Position numbers and translations under genes: made by a program. Below are positions 1 through 8,961 of a stretch of DNA of 64,000 nt, piece by piece. This DNA is from Candidatus Levybacteria bacterium RIFCSPHIGHO2_02_FULL_40_18. GTDB lineage: Bacteria > Patescibacteriota > Microgenomatia > Levybacterales > GWA1-39-11. How positions within the stretch are numbered: position 1 is the stretch's first letter; every line of letters begins with the position of its first letter. The stretch covers positions 86,799 to 150,798 of the forward strand of contig MFOC01000007.1 in the NCBI GenBank assembly GCA_001782235.1, given 5' to 3'. Below the pieces are notes generated by a model. The model saw only the letters and a program-made list of their open reading frames with translations, was not told where the DNA came from and ran no database searches.

Positions 1-1501
1 AAACCATCTTTCGGCCCAATTCTATAACTATCTTCTCCTCTCGCATCCTGCTGGAAAACGCGCTCTCAAATATTTAATAGACGAAAGAAAATTGTCCATT
101 CCTTTGATCAAAACTTTCAATTTAGGATATGCACCCGAAAAAGACGCGCTTGTTAGGTATCTGATCGGTAAAAAGAAATACAAAGAAGACGATTTGCTCG
201 TGTCTGGATTAGCGTATCGCACGGGCCGGAATGCCTCCGGCCCTGGAGGGCCTCCGGCCCGGGGGGTTTCGGATTTCTTCCGCGATCGAATTATCTTCCC
301 AATAATTGATCAGAGAGGGAATATAATAGCCTTCTCCGGTAGGTTGCTCGAACCTACCGGCCCTGAGCTTGTCGAACGGGCAGGTGGGAAATACGTTAAT
401 ACCCGTGAAACCCCGGTTTATATTAAAGGCGACACTGTCTATGGATTGAATTTAGCGCGCGACGGGATAAAAAAAGAAGGAAAAGTAATTATTGTTGAAG
501 GGGAATTTGATGTTATAACTGCGCATAAGCAAGGCATTCCAAATATTGTTGCGGTAAAAGGGACCGCACTGACAGAAAATCAGATTAAGCTTCTTAAAAG
601 ATTTGCTCCCAAATTCGCCCTTTGCTTTGATACAGACCCTGCGGGAACCGAGGCACAGAGAAGATCAATTAAAATGATTGAGCGAGAAGGCATTACGGCA
701 ACTGTTATCAGTCTCCAGGGGACTCGTGGTGAGTCTGTCAAACCAAAAGACCCGGACGAACTACTAAATGAAAATCCGATTGCATTTAAAAAGGCGCTTG
801 TAAACGATATTAATATTTATGATTTTATAATTGATACGGCGCTTGGCGAATCGGACTCAAAAACCGCTGAGGGCAAAAAGAGAATACTTGATAGAACCCT
901 TCCTTATTTATCGAATATAGAAAATGATGTGATAAAAGAACACTATCTTAAGAAACTAGCAAATGCCATTGACGCAACTTTGGAAGCAATAATGAAACAG
1001 GCTGATAAAGCTGTGAGGCCTCGATCCGAGACTCCCAAAGCTTCCCCTCGCACGCAGCTGCCGCGCGAGGAACTCGCAGAGATCTATCTTATTTCTTTGA
1101 TTTTCCAATCGGAAAATCCTAAGCAATCTTTAAATTTTGCAAGAACGCTATTGTCAGGGGTCAAACTTTCAACGCCATCAATAGAGAAGCTTCTTTCTTT
1201 TCTTGACACCTATGCTCAAACAGGTGACTTTAATGCGCAAGATTTCTCAAAGTATTTGCCGCACGAATTGCATCTGCCTTTTGATACTTCTTATCTTGCG
1301 TCTATTCCAGAGTTTTTGGACAAAGACCATTTTTATCGCGAACTTGAAAAAGCGGCAAAACAAGTAAGAATTTTGGCAATTAAAAAAACACTTTCAAAAT
1401 TAACAACGCTTATTTCCCAAGCAGAGCAGGAACAGAATAAGGAAAATCTAAAAACTTATCAGGAAAAATTCTCAGAACTCTCAAAACTCCTAGCATCTTG
1501 A
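1..1501 (+). CDS. dnaG: DNA primase DnaG, 5'-partial. The frame is open back to the window edge and the N-terminal zinc-finger region lies outside the window.
   Basis: TOPRIM motifs EGEFDVITAHKQG and NIVAVKGTALT. The N-terminal stretch ...LGYAP is typical of primase. rpoD lies immediately downstream, the classic dnaG-rpoD arrangement. Confidence 0.85.
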   Translation, partial: NHLSAQFYNYLLLSHPAGKRALKYLIDERKLSIPLIKTFNLGYAPEKDALVRYLIGKKKYKEDDLLVSGLAYRTGRNASGPGGPPARGVSDFFRDRIIFPIIDQRGNIIAFSGRLLEPTGPELVERAGGKYVNTRETPVYIKGDTVYGLNLARDGIKKEGKVIIVEGEFDVITAHKQGIPNIVAVKGTALTENQIKLLKRFAPKFALCFDTDPAGTEAQRRSIKMIEREGITATVISLQGTRGESVKPKDPDELLNENPIAFKKALVNDINIYDFIIDTALGESDSKTAEGKKRILDRTLPYLSNIENDVIKEHYLKKLANAIDATLEAIMKQADKAVRPRSETPKASPRTQLPREELAEIYLISLIFQSENPKQSLNFARTLLSGVKLSTPSIEKLLSFLDTYAQTGDFNAQDFSKYLPHELHLPFDTSYLASIPEFLDKDHFYRELEKAAKQVRILAIKKTLSKLTTLISQAEQEQNKENLKTYQEKFSELSKLLAS

Positions 1502-1609
1502 AGGGTATCACGGGGTGACGCGAAGCAACTTTCAACGTGCGGAAACTGCGGAGCGGCAGGATCCCATGTGGCTTGCGTTCAGGCAGGCTTGAGAGTAAAA
1601 TAATCTCAC

Positions 1610-2716
1610 ATGATAAAAGTTGTAAAATCTAAAAAAATAAAAGTGGCCGGCTCAAAAACTGAAGAAGTGATTGCGATGGCCAAAAAACGCGGCTATATTT
1701 CTCAGGATGAAATTTTGGCCGCATTTCCAAAACCAGAGGATCACATATTAGAGCTTGATCTTCTTTACGATCAGCTACTAAAAAAGGGTGTTGATATATT
1801 TGAGACGGTTGAGGAGGAGAAGGAATCGCAAAAATCAATTGAAGATTTAGAAAGAGAACTTGAGGCCCTCAATATTATTCAAGGCGGTGCAGTAACAGAT
1901 CCTGTAAGGATGTACCTCAAGGAAATAGGCCGCATTCCGCTATTAACTTTTCCTGAAGAGGTGGATCTTGCAAAAAGAATTGAGAAAGGAGATCAAAAAG
2001 CTCGCAAGAAACTAGTCGAATCTAATCTTCGATTGGTAGTTTCAATCGCCAAAAAATATGTAGGGCGTGGAATGACGCTCCTTGATTTAATTCAAGAAGG
2101 CAACCAAGGATTAATTCGCGCGGTTGAAAAGTATGACTGGAAAAAAGGATTTAAGTTCTCGACCTATGCTACTTGGTGGATTCGCCAGGCTATAACCCGG
2201 GCAATTGCCGATCAAGCCAGAACAATTAGAATTCCTGTTCACATGGTTGAAAACATCAATCGCTTTATGAGAGTTCAAAGAAAACTCATGCAGGAATTGG
2301 GGCGCCAGCCAACGCCTGAGGAGATCTCGGAAATTTTGGAAATCGAACCCGATAAGGCTCGTGAAATTATCAAAATTTCCCAACAGCCGGCATCTTTGGA
2401 TACGCCGGTTGGGGATGAGGAGGACTCATATCTTGGCGATTTTATATACGATATCACGGCGCCAACTTTGTTTGATACTGCCGGCAGAACCATGCTTAAA
2501 GACCAACTACATCAAGTTTTGACGACTTTATCGGATCGTGAGAAAAGGGTGCTTGAAGAAAGGTTTGGTCTCCGCGACGGGAAACCAAAAACACTTGAAG
2601 AAGTAGGCCGCATGTTTGCGGTAACCCGCGAAAGAATCCGCCAAATCGAAGCCAAAGCATTAAGAAAACTCCGCCACCCCTCACGAGGCAACAAACTCCG
2701 CGATTATTTAGAATGA
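1610..2716 (+). CDS. rpoD: RNA polymerase sigma-70 factor RpoD
   Basis: Region 2 motif [27 protein letters not shown]. Region 4 motif [30 protein letters not shown]. Confidence 0.9.
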   Translation: MIKVVKSKKIKVAGSKTEEVIAMAKKRGYISQDEILAAFPKPEDHILELDLLYDQLLKKGVDIFETVEEEKESQKSIEDLERELEALNIIQGGAVTDPVRMYLKEIGRIPLLTFPEEVDLAKRIEKGDQKARKKLVESNLRLVVSIAKKYVGRGMTLLDLIQEGNQGLIRAVEKYDWKKGFKFSTYATWWIRQAITRAIADQARTIRIPVHMVENINRFMRVQRKLMQELGRQPTPEEISEILEIEPDKAREIIKISQQPASLDTPVGDEEDSYLGDFIYDITAPTLFDTAGRTMLKDQLHQVLTTLSDREKRVLEERFGLRDGKPKTLEEVGRMFAVTRERIRQIEAKALRKLRHPSRGNKLRDYLE

Positions 2717-2943
2717 ACCCTCCCCTTACTCCCTCTGTACGTAACGTCGCAGAAGTATTAAGTGGACTAGAGGGAAAAGAGGGATTAGAGGCAAGTGTAA
2801 ACTACATGATTGATCTCCTAACGCGCAGCGGCTATTTGCTTGATCGTCAGATGAACGCGGTTGAGGAAAAACATAGACGTGAAGGTGGATACAATGAAAA
2901 ATTACTCAAAAAGCGTTTAGATTATAAAAATTCTAGACACTAG
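2713..2943 (+). CDS. Small hypothetical protein. Its start overlaps the rpoD stop (ATGA), consistent with translational coupling.
   Basis: ORF only; no recognisable domain. Confidence 0.3.
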   Translation: MNPPLTPSVRNVAEVLSGLEGKEGLEASVNYMIDLLTRSGYLLDRQMNAVEEKHRREGGYNEKLLKKRLDYKNSRH

Positions 2944-2946
2944 TCG

Positions 2947-2986
2947 GGTTGGGAGCATGATATAACAAATGTGGCTGATTTACAAG
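2947..2986 (-). promoter_or_regulatory. Conserved promoter-like motif, copy 1. Minus-strand reading: TTGTAA-17 nt-TATCAT-GCTCCCAA.
   Basis: Roughly 40-bp motif GGTTGGGAGCATGATATAACAAATGTGGCTGATTTACAAG. It is near-identical to copies at 4295-4334 and 4666-4703. Confidence 0.45.
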
Positions 2987-3004
2987 CGAAGTTTGCTTTC
3001 TGGG

Positions 3005-3628
3005 TTAGTCATTTGTCTTTGCAATTACCCTTACCGGAGCAGCGTCAGCTTGGAATTTTGCAGGAAGAGCTATCACTTCAAACTCCCCGGCATTTAATAA
3101 CTGATCAAGATTTGTTAAGTTTTCAAGAATGGTAATGTTATGTCCCAGCAGGATTTTATGAGTAAGCCAGGGCTTATCATAATCCGGCCCGAGCATATCC
3201 ATTCCAACCATTTTTACTTCTAACTCACCCATTCTCGTTGCAAAATCTTCTTTGAGTTCTGGGTAATCCTTAAAGTAATCGCTTGTTCGGTATTTGCTTC
3301 CAAAGCCTGTGAATAAAAGAACTACTGATCCCTTCTCAATTTCAATACCTTCTAATACTGACTCATCAATATTCATTTTCCCCCTAACATCAATTAGCAC
3401 GCCTTTGCCAAAAAAACGCTCTGGGGATATTTCGTCCATTTTCTTACCGCCTTCAATCATATGCAAAGGTGCGTCCATATGCGTCCCTACGTGCATTACG
3501 GAGGTAATTTTATGGTCGTTAAAGGTATCCTTCTCGATATGTGCGACTTGTTCAAGAGTTGCTTTGGGGTCTCCCGGATAAACCGGCATATCAGATGTGA
3601 ATGTGTGTGTAAGATCAATATACTTCAT
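3005..3628 (-). CDS. Putative cyclase family protein (kynurenine formamidase-like metal-dependent hydrolase)
   Basis: HxGTHxDAPxH signature: VMHVGTHMDAPLHMIEGG. Confidence 0.7.
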   Translation of the reverse strand: MKYIDLTHTFTSDMPVYPGDPKATLEQVAHIEKDTFNDHKITSVMHVGTHMDAPLHMIEGGKKMDEISPERFFGKGVLIDVRGKMNIDESVLEGIEIEKGSVVLLFTGFGSKYRTSDYFKDYPELKEDFATRMGELEVKMVGMDMLGPDYDKPWLTHKILLGHNITILENLTNLDQLLNAGEFEVIALPAKFQADAAPVRVIAKTND

Positions 3629-3662
3629 GGGGTAATTATATCAAAAGCAATTTATTTATAAG

Positions 3663-3971
3663 CTATAAGCTAATTTTCATTTTGCCTTCGGTGTAATTGT
3701 TAATAAGTAAATTTATGAGGGTTTGATATGGAATTTTGTTTCTCGCTGCTTTTGCTTTAAGTCTTATCAAGTCCTTTTTCTTAATTCTCAAAGTTATACT
3801 TTTACTATTTTCGAGATCAATGTGGCGTCTGGCTGCCTCTTCAAACATCTTTTTATTTTCCGCAAAATTCGGATCACTTACAAATTCGCCCCTTTCCAAA
3901 GCGTCTTCTATATCTTGCTCGTACTCATCAAGTACTAAATTTTCGAATGGATCAAATTTTTTCTTTTTCAT
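3663..3971 (-). CDS. brnA: BrnA-like antitoxin (ribbon-helix-helix type)
   Basis: C-terminal ...ITLRIKKKDLIRLKAKAARNKIPYQTLINLL pattern typical of BrnA. It overlaps the upstream brnT stop by 20 nt. Confidence 0.6.
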   Translation of the reverse strand: MKKKKFDPFENLVLDEYEQDIEDALERGEFVSDPNFAENKKMFEEAARRHIDLENSKSITLRIKKKDLIRLKAKAARNKIPYQTLINLLINNYTEGKMKISL

Positions 3972-4257
3972 AAGTTTTTAAATATTTCTTTGTAAGTTTT
4001 CTGCTCGGATAGAGCGTTTTTAAAAATAACACCTGTCTTTTGCGATCGATAATATATGGCACTACGTATAAATATGTTTTTATCTTTACAACAAGCAATT
4101 TTTGCCCGCGATATTTCTTTTGATTTGGATTCTTCTTATCTTCAATTAAATTCCCAGACTTAATTGCTTGTATGATATCTTCAAAATCAACACCTCTTAT
4201 TTGTCTTAAAATTTGATTCTTTTCGACAGAGAAATCAAATTTATACTTCACTGACAT
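3952..4257 (-). CDS. brnT: BrnT-like toxin (DUF497/COG2929 RNase)
   Basis: N-terminal FDFSVEKNQILRQIRGVDFEDIIQAI resembles the BrnT fold signature. It forms an operon with brnA. Confidence 0.6.
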   Translation of the reverse strand: MSVKYKFDFSVEKNQILRQIRGVDFEDIIQAIKSGNLIEDKKNPNQKKYRGQKLLVVKIKTYLYVVPYIIDRKRQVLFLKTLYPSRKLTKKYLKTYEKEKI

Positions 4258-4294
4258 ATTATACTACTTGTACATACTTTGTCAATACAATTTA

Positions 4295-4334
4295 GGTTGG
4301 GAGCATGATATAACAATTGAGGCTGATTTGCAAG
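4295..4334 (-). promoter_or_regulatory. Conserved promoter-like motif, copy 2 (TTGCAA-17-TATCAT-GCTCCCAA). It lies about 40 nt upstream of the brnT start.
   Basis: GGTTGGGAGCATGATATAACAATTGAGGCTGATTTGCAAG, with the same architecture as copies 1 and 3. Confidence 0.5.
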
Positions 4335-4335
4335 G

Positions 4336-4665
4336 TTATTGTTTTTCTGCTTCTTCTTGAGGAACTATTTCTGCTTCATCAAGACCAAATGTCAAAGAAG
4401 GCATACCCTCGGGCAGCGCAAGCCTAAACCATCCAGCAGCGACAGGAGAACTTTGCTCTAGGGCGTCAAGCGCTTCTTTTGTAGGGACAAGATATCCTCC
4501 TCTATTTTGAATTGGCCGACCAGAAACAAAATCAACTTCATTTATCCTAGGTGGCATTTTATAAGCTGAGAACTCTAATCCTACCCATGCATTCCTTACA
4601 TCTTCGGGGGCTGGTCCTTCAGGAGTTTTTGTAATTCTTATTCTAAATTGTTCGGGATTCGCCAT
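4336..4665 (-). CDS. Hypothetical protein
   Basis: ORF of 109 aa. A conserved promoter-like motif ends immediately 5' of its ATG. Confidence 0.5.
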   Translation of the reverse strand: MANPEQFRIRITKTPEGPAPEDVRNAWVGLEFSAYKMPPRINEVDFVSGRPIQNRGGYLVPTKEALDALEQSSPVAAGWFRLALPEGMPSLTFGLDEAEIVPQEEAEKQ

Positions 4666-4703
4666 TTGGGAGCATGATACACCCGCAGTAATTGATTTTC
4701 AAG
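4666..4703 (-). promoter_or_regulatory. Conserved promoter-like motif, copy 3 (TTGAAA-17-TATCAT-GCTCCCAA), directly abutting the ATG at 4665.
   Basis: TTGGGAGCATGATACACCCGCAGTAATTGATTTTCAAG. A near-leaderless transcript is implied. Confidence 0.5.
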
Positions 4704-5033
4704 TCAGAAGAGTTTTCCGCCAATGGGAACGTCTTTTTGGGGGACTACGAGGATTGCTTTCCCGTCCTCATCAGGAAAGCCAAGAGTTAGTGTTTCCGAA
4801 ACTTCCGAGCCCATCCGGAATAGAGGCAAATTAACAACTCCCGCCACTAACCTTCCTTCAAGTTCTTCCTTTTTATAATGTGTAAACTGACCAATTGATT
4901 GTTTAGCGCCAATTTCAGGCCCGAAATCTATTTTCATTTTGTAGGAAGGTTTGCGTGCTTCAGGATAATCCTCAACTTTAAGAATCTTGCCTACCCTGAT
5001 ATCAAGTTTGTGAAAATCATCAATTGTCGCCAT
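4704..5033 (-). CDS. tRNA-binding protein (CsaA/Trbp111, EMAP-like OB-fold)
   Basis: LDIRVGKILKVEDYPEARKPSYKMKIDFG...GRLVAGVVNL matches the MetG C-terminal-like tRNA-binding domain. Confidence 0.8.
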   Translation of the reverse strand: MATIDDFHKLDIRVGKILKVEDYPEARKPSYKMKIDFGPEIGAKQSIGQFTHYKKEELEGRLVAGVVNLPLFRMGSEVSETLTLGFPDEDGKAILVVPQKDVPIGGKLF

Positions 5034-5692
5034 TTGGCAATTATAATTGCAAAAGCACTAATATAAACATTAGTGCAAGACCCAAAAAAAATACGCCCAT
5101 TATTCTTAATAACCATACGTAGATTCTTGATCTATATATTGCTAAAACCCATTTCGTAATCACTCCAATGATAGGAAAGTTCCCAAAATATTTTACTTGC
5201 ACTTTTGAGACCTCGACCATATACCCTTGCCAAAATTTAGGTTTTGCTAGGAGGCTTAGACCTAAGGCGGTGAGAATCAGGATATTAATAATAAACGGAA
5301 TATATCTCGTATTAATTGTATTGTATCAAACTCTTTAGGATATTTTTCACGGACAGTTTTAAAAGGCCCCAATTCCCGGAATGTCGAGTGATTTTCCCAT
5401 GTAATGACATTATCTCAAAACTTTTACGGATACGCCGAATTACAAACCGGCTTAACTACTGCTTTTGGGATGTGGCTTGGATTTGTGATGCCGGTCCAGA
5501 CAACAGCAACCATCTTTGGCGATAAAAAATGGGGGTTATTGGGAATTGATACAGGGTATCAACTGGTTTCGTTATTAGTGATGGCCGTTGTTATTGCCCT
5601 TTTGTAACTTGATTGTCGATTATTTCTTGAAGTTTTGGGGGGATAGGCCGACAAGCACATTTTTGGGCATCACATTCTTGCGATGCCACTCT

Positions 5693-6067
5693 TCATTTAT
5701 CTTCATTGATGCGTCGGGATTTTAACAAGCCTACGGCGAGAGGGAGTATAAAAGTCAGACTGTAATAGAGATATATATCGAATTTGTAATATCCGTTTTC
5801 GGGATTAAATGCTTTAACAATAAAAAGATAGTCGCCGATTATAGCAACTAAGGTCCATGTAATTCCTATCAATAAATAATATTTTGGGGACGTGCTTTTA
5901 ATTTTTTTGATCAAAACAAAAAGAGTAATTGCTACGCCGATTGGCGTGACAAACCAGCCTATTTGCGAAGGCGGGACAAGAGTAAAAAGCATTATCCCAA
6001 GGCCGTAGCCGATCAACCAGAGTAAGAAACCCCATCCTAGTAAATCTATAAAGAGTTTTTTATTCAT
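5693..6067 (-). CDS. Hypothetical polytopic membrane protein
   Basis: Four hydrophobic helices; no domain recognised. Confidence 0.5.
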   Translation of the reverse strand: MNKKLFIDLLGWGFLLWLIGYGLGIMLFTLVPPSQIGWFVTPIGVAITLFVLIKKIKSTSPKYYLLIGITWTLVAIIGDYLFIVKAFNPENGYYKFDIYLYYSLTFILPLAVGLLKSRRINEDK

Positions 6068-6078
6068 ATAAGCGCCAA

Positions 6079-6384
6079 CTATCTGACGGCTCCTGAAAAA
6101 AGCAAAACAAGAATAATTGCTGTAATTATAGCGAAAGCAGCTATTGTCTTAAGAGCAAGATCTAGGGCTTGCTTTTTCTTTCCATCAAAATAAAGCTGGA
6201 AAGGTTCATAACCAAAGACATATGCCATCACGGCAGCGGAAAGAGTAAAAAGAGATATAGCGGCAATTGGGCCAATAATGGAATCGACAGGACCGGAAAT
6301 TTTTGTCCCGTAAAACATGACCGACGCAACAACCGCAATATACAATATTGCGCCAATAGCATTCAAAAACGGATTTTTAGTCAC
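6079..6384 (-). CDS. Hypothetical small membrane protein
   Basis: Three predicted TM helices. Confidence 0.5.
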   Translation of the reverse strand: MTKNPFLNAIGAILYIAVVASVMFYGTKISGPVDSIIGPIAAISLFTLSAAVMAYVFGYEPFQLYFDGKKKQALDLALKTIAAFAIITAIILVLLFSGAVR

Positions 6385-6387
6385 GCT

Positions 6388-6459
6388 GCTCCTCCGGGAG
6401 GATTCGAACCTCCGACCAATCGCTTAACAGGCGAGTGCTCTACCACTGAGCTACAGAGG
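6388..6459 (-). tRNA. tRNA-Asn (anticodon GUU), CCA not encoded
   Basis: Cloverleaf folded by hand. Acceptor UCCUCUG/CGGAGGA, D-arm GCUC-AGUGGUA-GAGC, anticodon loop CUGUUAA, T-arm GGAGG-UUCGAAU-CCUCC. The 5' and 3' ends match the E. coli tRNA-Asn pattern. Confidence 0.8.
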
Positions 6460-6544
6460 AATGTATGTGAATTATATAAAATGAGCCTCTACTTGTAAAC
6501 TCCCCCGCTTGTCCTGAGTCATATCGAAGGACTATAATTGCCTC

Positions 6545-7201
6545 ATGAAGTTGCTTTTGACCTCATCAGGGAAGACGAACAAGTCTATAGAGAATGCGCT
6601 GTTGGAGCTTCTTGGGAAACCTTTTGAGAAGGCGAACTTAACTTTTATTCCGACTGCCGCAAACGTAGATGAGGGAAATAAAGCTTGGTTAGTCGACGAC
6701 ATGAATAACTTTAGGAAATTGAACTTTGCACTTTTCGACAGCATCGATATTTCTGCTGTACCAAAAGGAATTTGGCTTCCAAGTTTTAAAAAAGCAGATG
6801 TTTTGGTTTTTGGAGGAGGAGATACTTATTATCTTTTGAATTGGATAAAGAACTCCGGATTGGCAAAAATTCTTCCTGAATTATTAAAGACAAAAGTTTA
6901 TGTCGGAATAAGCGCAGGAAGCATGGTTACCGCCAAAAACATATCTCTTGCGACAGCTGGTATTTTATATTATGAAAAATATGGAAAATTTAAAGATAGA
7001 AAGGGTCTTTCTTTGGTTGATTTTGAAGTACGACCTCACTTAAACTCGGAATGGTTCCCAAAAGTAAGGCTGCCATATCTTAAAAAACTTGCAGAAAAGA
7101 TCCCATACAGTTTTTATGCCATTGATGACAACACCGCTATAAAAGTCGTGGACAATAAGGTTACAGTAATATCCGAAGGCGAATGGAAAAAGTTTAACTA
7201 G
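6545..7201 (+). CDS. Peptidase S51 family (dipeptidase E-like)
   Basis: MKLLLTSSG N-terminus, GGGDTYYL motif and GISAGSM Ser-nucleophile motif. Confidence 0.7.
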   Translation: MKLLLTSSGKTNKSIENALLELLGKPFEKANLTFIPTAANVDEGNKAWLVDDMNNFRKLNFALFDSIDISAVPKGIWLPSFKKADVLVFGGGDTYYLLNWIKNSGLAKILPELLKTKVYVGISAGSMVTAKNISLATAGILYYEKYGKFKDRKGLSLVDFEVRPHLNSEWFPKVRLPYLKKLAEKIPYSFYAIDDNTAIKVVDNKVTVISEGEWKKFN

Positions 7202-7221
7202 GCCTCTGCTATAATTGCCGC

Positions 7222-7268
7222 TTGACAAAACCTCTATTTCTGTTACAATTTACGCATAGATTGTAACA
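7222..7268 (+). promoter_or_regulatory. Sigma-70-like promoter with a perfect 9-bp inverted-repeat operator. TTGACA at 7222-7227, 16-nt spacer, TACAAT at 7244-7249. Inverted repeat TGTTACAAT (7241-7249) and ATTGTAACA (7260-7268), 10-bp spacer.
   Basis: Read directly. The operator overlaps the -10 element and the +1 region of the downstream HTH gene, suggesting autoregulation. Confidence 0.5.
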
Positions 7269-7270
7269 AT

Positions 7271-7810
7271 ATGGATGCAAAAAGCCTTTTTACCGCACAG
7301 GAGCTTGAAGAGCTTTTGGGGAAAATGTACTTCTACAGACAGCGTATTTACAGAATGGCAGAGGACGGAAAAATATCCCCTTATCAAGTTGATGGCAAGT
7401 TTTATTTTTCAAAAGATGAGCTAATAATGGCAACCCTGAATCGATTATCCGCAAGGATAAGGCTAAGGTTCTCAAGGCTCGCCCCCTTTCTAAGGATAAG
7501 TTTTGATGAAAACAAAAATAAAGCCATAACTGTTTACGGATTCCCGGATAAAAGCATCATTACTGCAAATACTGAAAACGAAACAGAAGAAGAACTTTTA
7601 AAAAAAGTAGAAAACAAGGGGAGGGAGGTGAAAAACATGCCAGACATTCCTGTTGGACCAGGTAATCACGATCACGATCATCCACATCCACCTCACCACC
7701 CGCCACATCATCCGCCTCATGGGCATGATAATCCTCCACACGAAGAGATTTTGGAAGTTTTAAGACGGATAGAAGATAGGTTGGTAAGAATTGAGGAAAA
7801 ATTAGGATAG
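7271..7810 (+). CDS. DNA-binding protein with an excisionase/MerR-type HTH N-terminus and a His/Pro-rich low-complexity segment
   Basis: FTAQELEELLGK...ISPYQVDGKFYFSKDEL HTH region. HDHDHPHPPHHPPHHPPHGHDNPPH repeat at about 7675-7745. C-terminal coiled coil. Confidence 0.55.
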   Translation: MDAKSLFTAQELEELLGKMYFYRQRIYRMAEDGKISPYQVDGKFYFSKDELIMATLNRLSARIRLRFSRLAPFLRISFDENKNKAITVYGFPDKSIITANTENETEEELLKKVENKGREVKNMPDIPVGPGNHDHDHPHPPHHPPHHPPHGHDNPPHEEILEVLRRIEDRLVRIEEKLG

Positions 7811-7999
7811 GGTGGAAAATATATAGAATAGCAGTCGAGTCAAAATCGGCTGCTATTCCACGTTGGCTCAGTTTGTACTAGTTTACTCCGTTTTGTCCTA
7901 GTTGACTTTTGAATCCATTTTTACTATTCTATTTTGTTTTCTTCAAAAACTTGAAATTTAGATTTGGGAAGACATAAAAGGGAAAGGGGGTGAAGAGTT

Positions 8000-8233
8000 A
8001 TGACACGCGGTAAGAGTATTACGAATAAGATAAGTTCCTCGCACGTAAGATTCGGAAGACGTACTTATTTCTTTGACGTTAATGAGAAAAACGACAGGAA
8101 ATATTTAAAGATCACTGAATCAAGATTCAACGGAGAAGGAAAAGATCGAACCTACAATTCTTTGGTTCTTTTTCCGGAAGATCTTGAAGGATTCCAACAG
8201 AATCTTTCTGAAGTTGCAGGTTATCTTGCCTAG
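8000..8233 (+). CDS. Small DUF3276-like (Pur-alpha-like) protein
   Basis: RFGRRTYFFDVNEKNDRKYLKITESR pattern recalled from the DUF3276 family. Confidence 0.45.
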   Translation: MTRGKSITNKISSSHVRFGRRTYFFDVNEKNDRKYLKITESRFNGEGKDRTYNSLVLFPEDLEGFQQNLSEVAGYLA

Positions 8234-8267
8234 AGTAAGATACGAGATGCCGGGCCCGGCAACAAGA

Positions 8268-8543
8268 TTATCTTCCAAATAGTTTTCTAAGCTCCGCTTT
8301 TGCTTGTTCGAGAGTTTGTTTTCTCTCCCGTTTCAAGTTTTTCCCAGCGCGGTTAATATAAAAGTTAAGCATGGACATTGCCGACTGGAATGGGGCTGCT
8401 TTTCTTCTCGTACTTTCTTCGGCCGACCGCTTAAGACTTTCGGCGATCCTTTTGGGGTCGCGCCATGTGAATACTCCTTCCTCAAGGTCAAGCGCAATAC
8501 TGTGCTTTGTAACCTCCCCCGACCAGTACTTTTTTCTTGTCAC
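8268..8543 (-). CDS. DUF3175 family protein
   Basis: ALDLEEGVFTWRDPKRIAESLKRSAE...PFQSAMSMLNFYINRAGKNL matches the DUF3175 pattern. Confidence 0.6.
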   Translation of the reverse strand: MTRKKYWSGEVTKHSIALDLEEGVFTWRDPKRIAESLKRSAEESTRRKAAPFQSAMSMLNFYINRAGKNLKRERKQTLEQAKAELRKLFGR

Positions 8544-8761
8544 TATTTATTTTACTTCATTTTAAAAGTTTTCGAAGGGAACTATTTCAGTAACAATTTT
8601 ATTTTGATAGATATGCTCATCTTCCATTTTGTTTCGAATTTTCTCAGCGGTTTCTTTTTGGGCGGGCGAATGATAAAAAATAACCGTTCGACTCAGTCAA
8701 GCAATACTTGACTTCGGATAGGAGCAGGCTTAATACTTATTTATAAGGGGGTGAGAAAAAC

Positions 8762-8950
8762 TTGAAACAAAATGATTACATAAGAGTAACCGGAATAATA
8801 TTTCTTGTAATCGCGGTTCTTCATGTTTTAAGAATTTTTACAGGGTTTGATGTAGAAATTAATGATTACGAACTTCCGGTCTGGGTAAGCATTGTAGGCG
8901 CAGCTATTGCCGGATACCTAGCTTACAGCTCGCAAAAACTTAAAAAGTAA
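8762..8950 (+). CDS. Small two-TM membrane protein (TTG start predicted)
   Basis: ORF only. Confidence 0.3.
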   Translation: MKQNDYIRVTGIIFLVIAVLHVLRIFTGFDVEINDYELPVWVSIVGAAIAGYLAYSSQKLKK

Positions 8951-8961
8951 GTTTCATTAAA

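Noticed and set aside
2111-2694. Four minus-strand ORFs (60-90 aa) inside rpoD
   Set aside because: They are antisense to a highly conserved, confidently identified gene and have no motifs. Treated as frame artefacts.
5041-5220. Unlisted 59-aa hydrophobic minus-strand ORF (MVEVSKVQVKYFGNFPIIGV...LVLLQL) with an internal hairpin GCACTAATATAAACATTAGTGC
   Set aside because: It is below any reasonable confidence without homology; it could equally be non-coding. Left unannotated.
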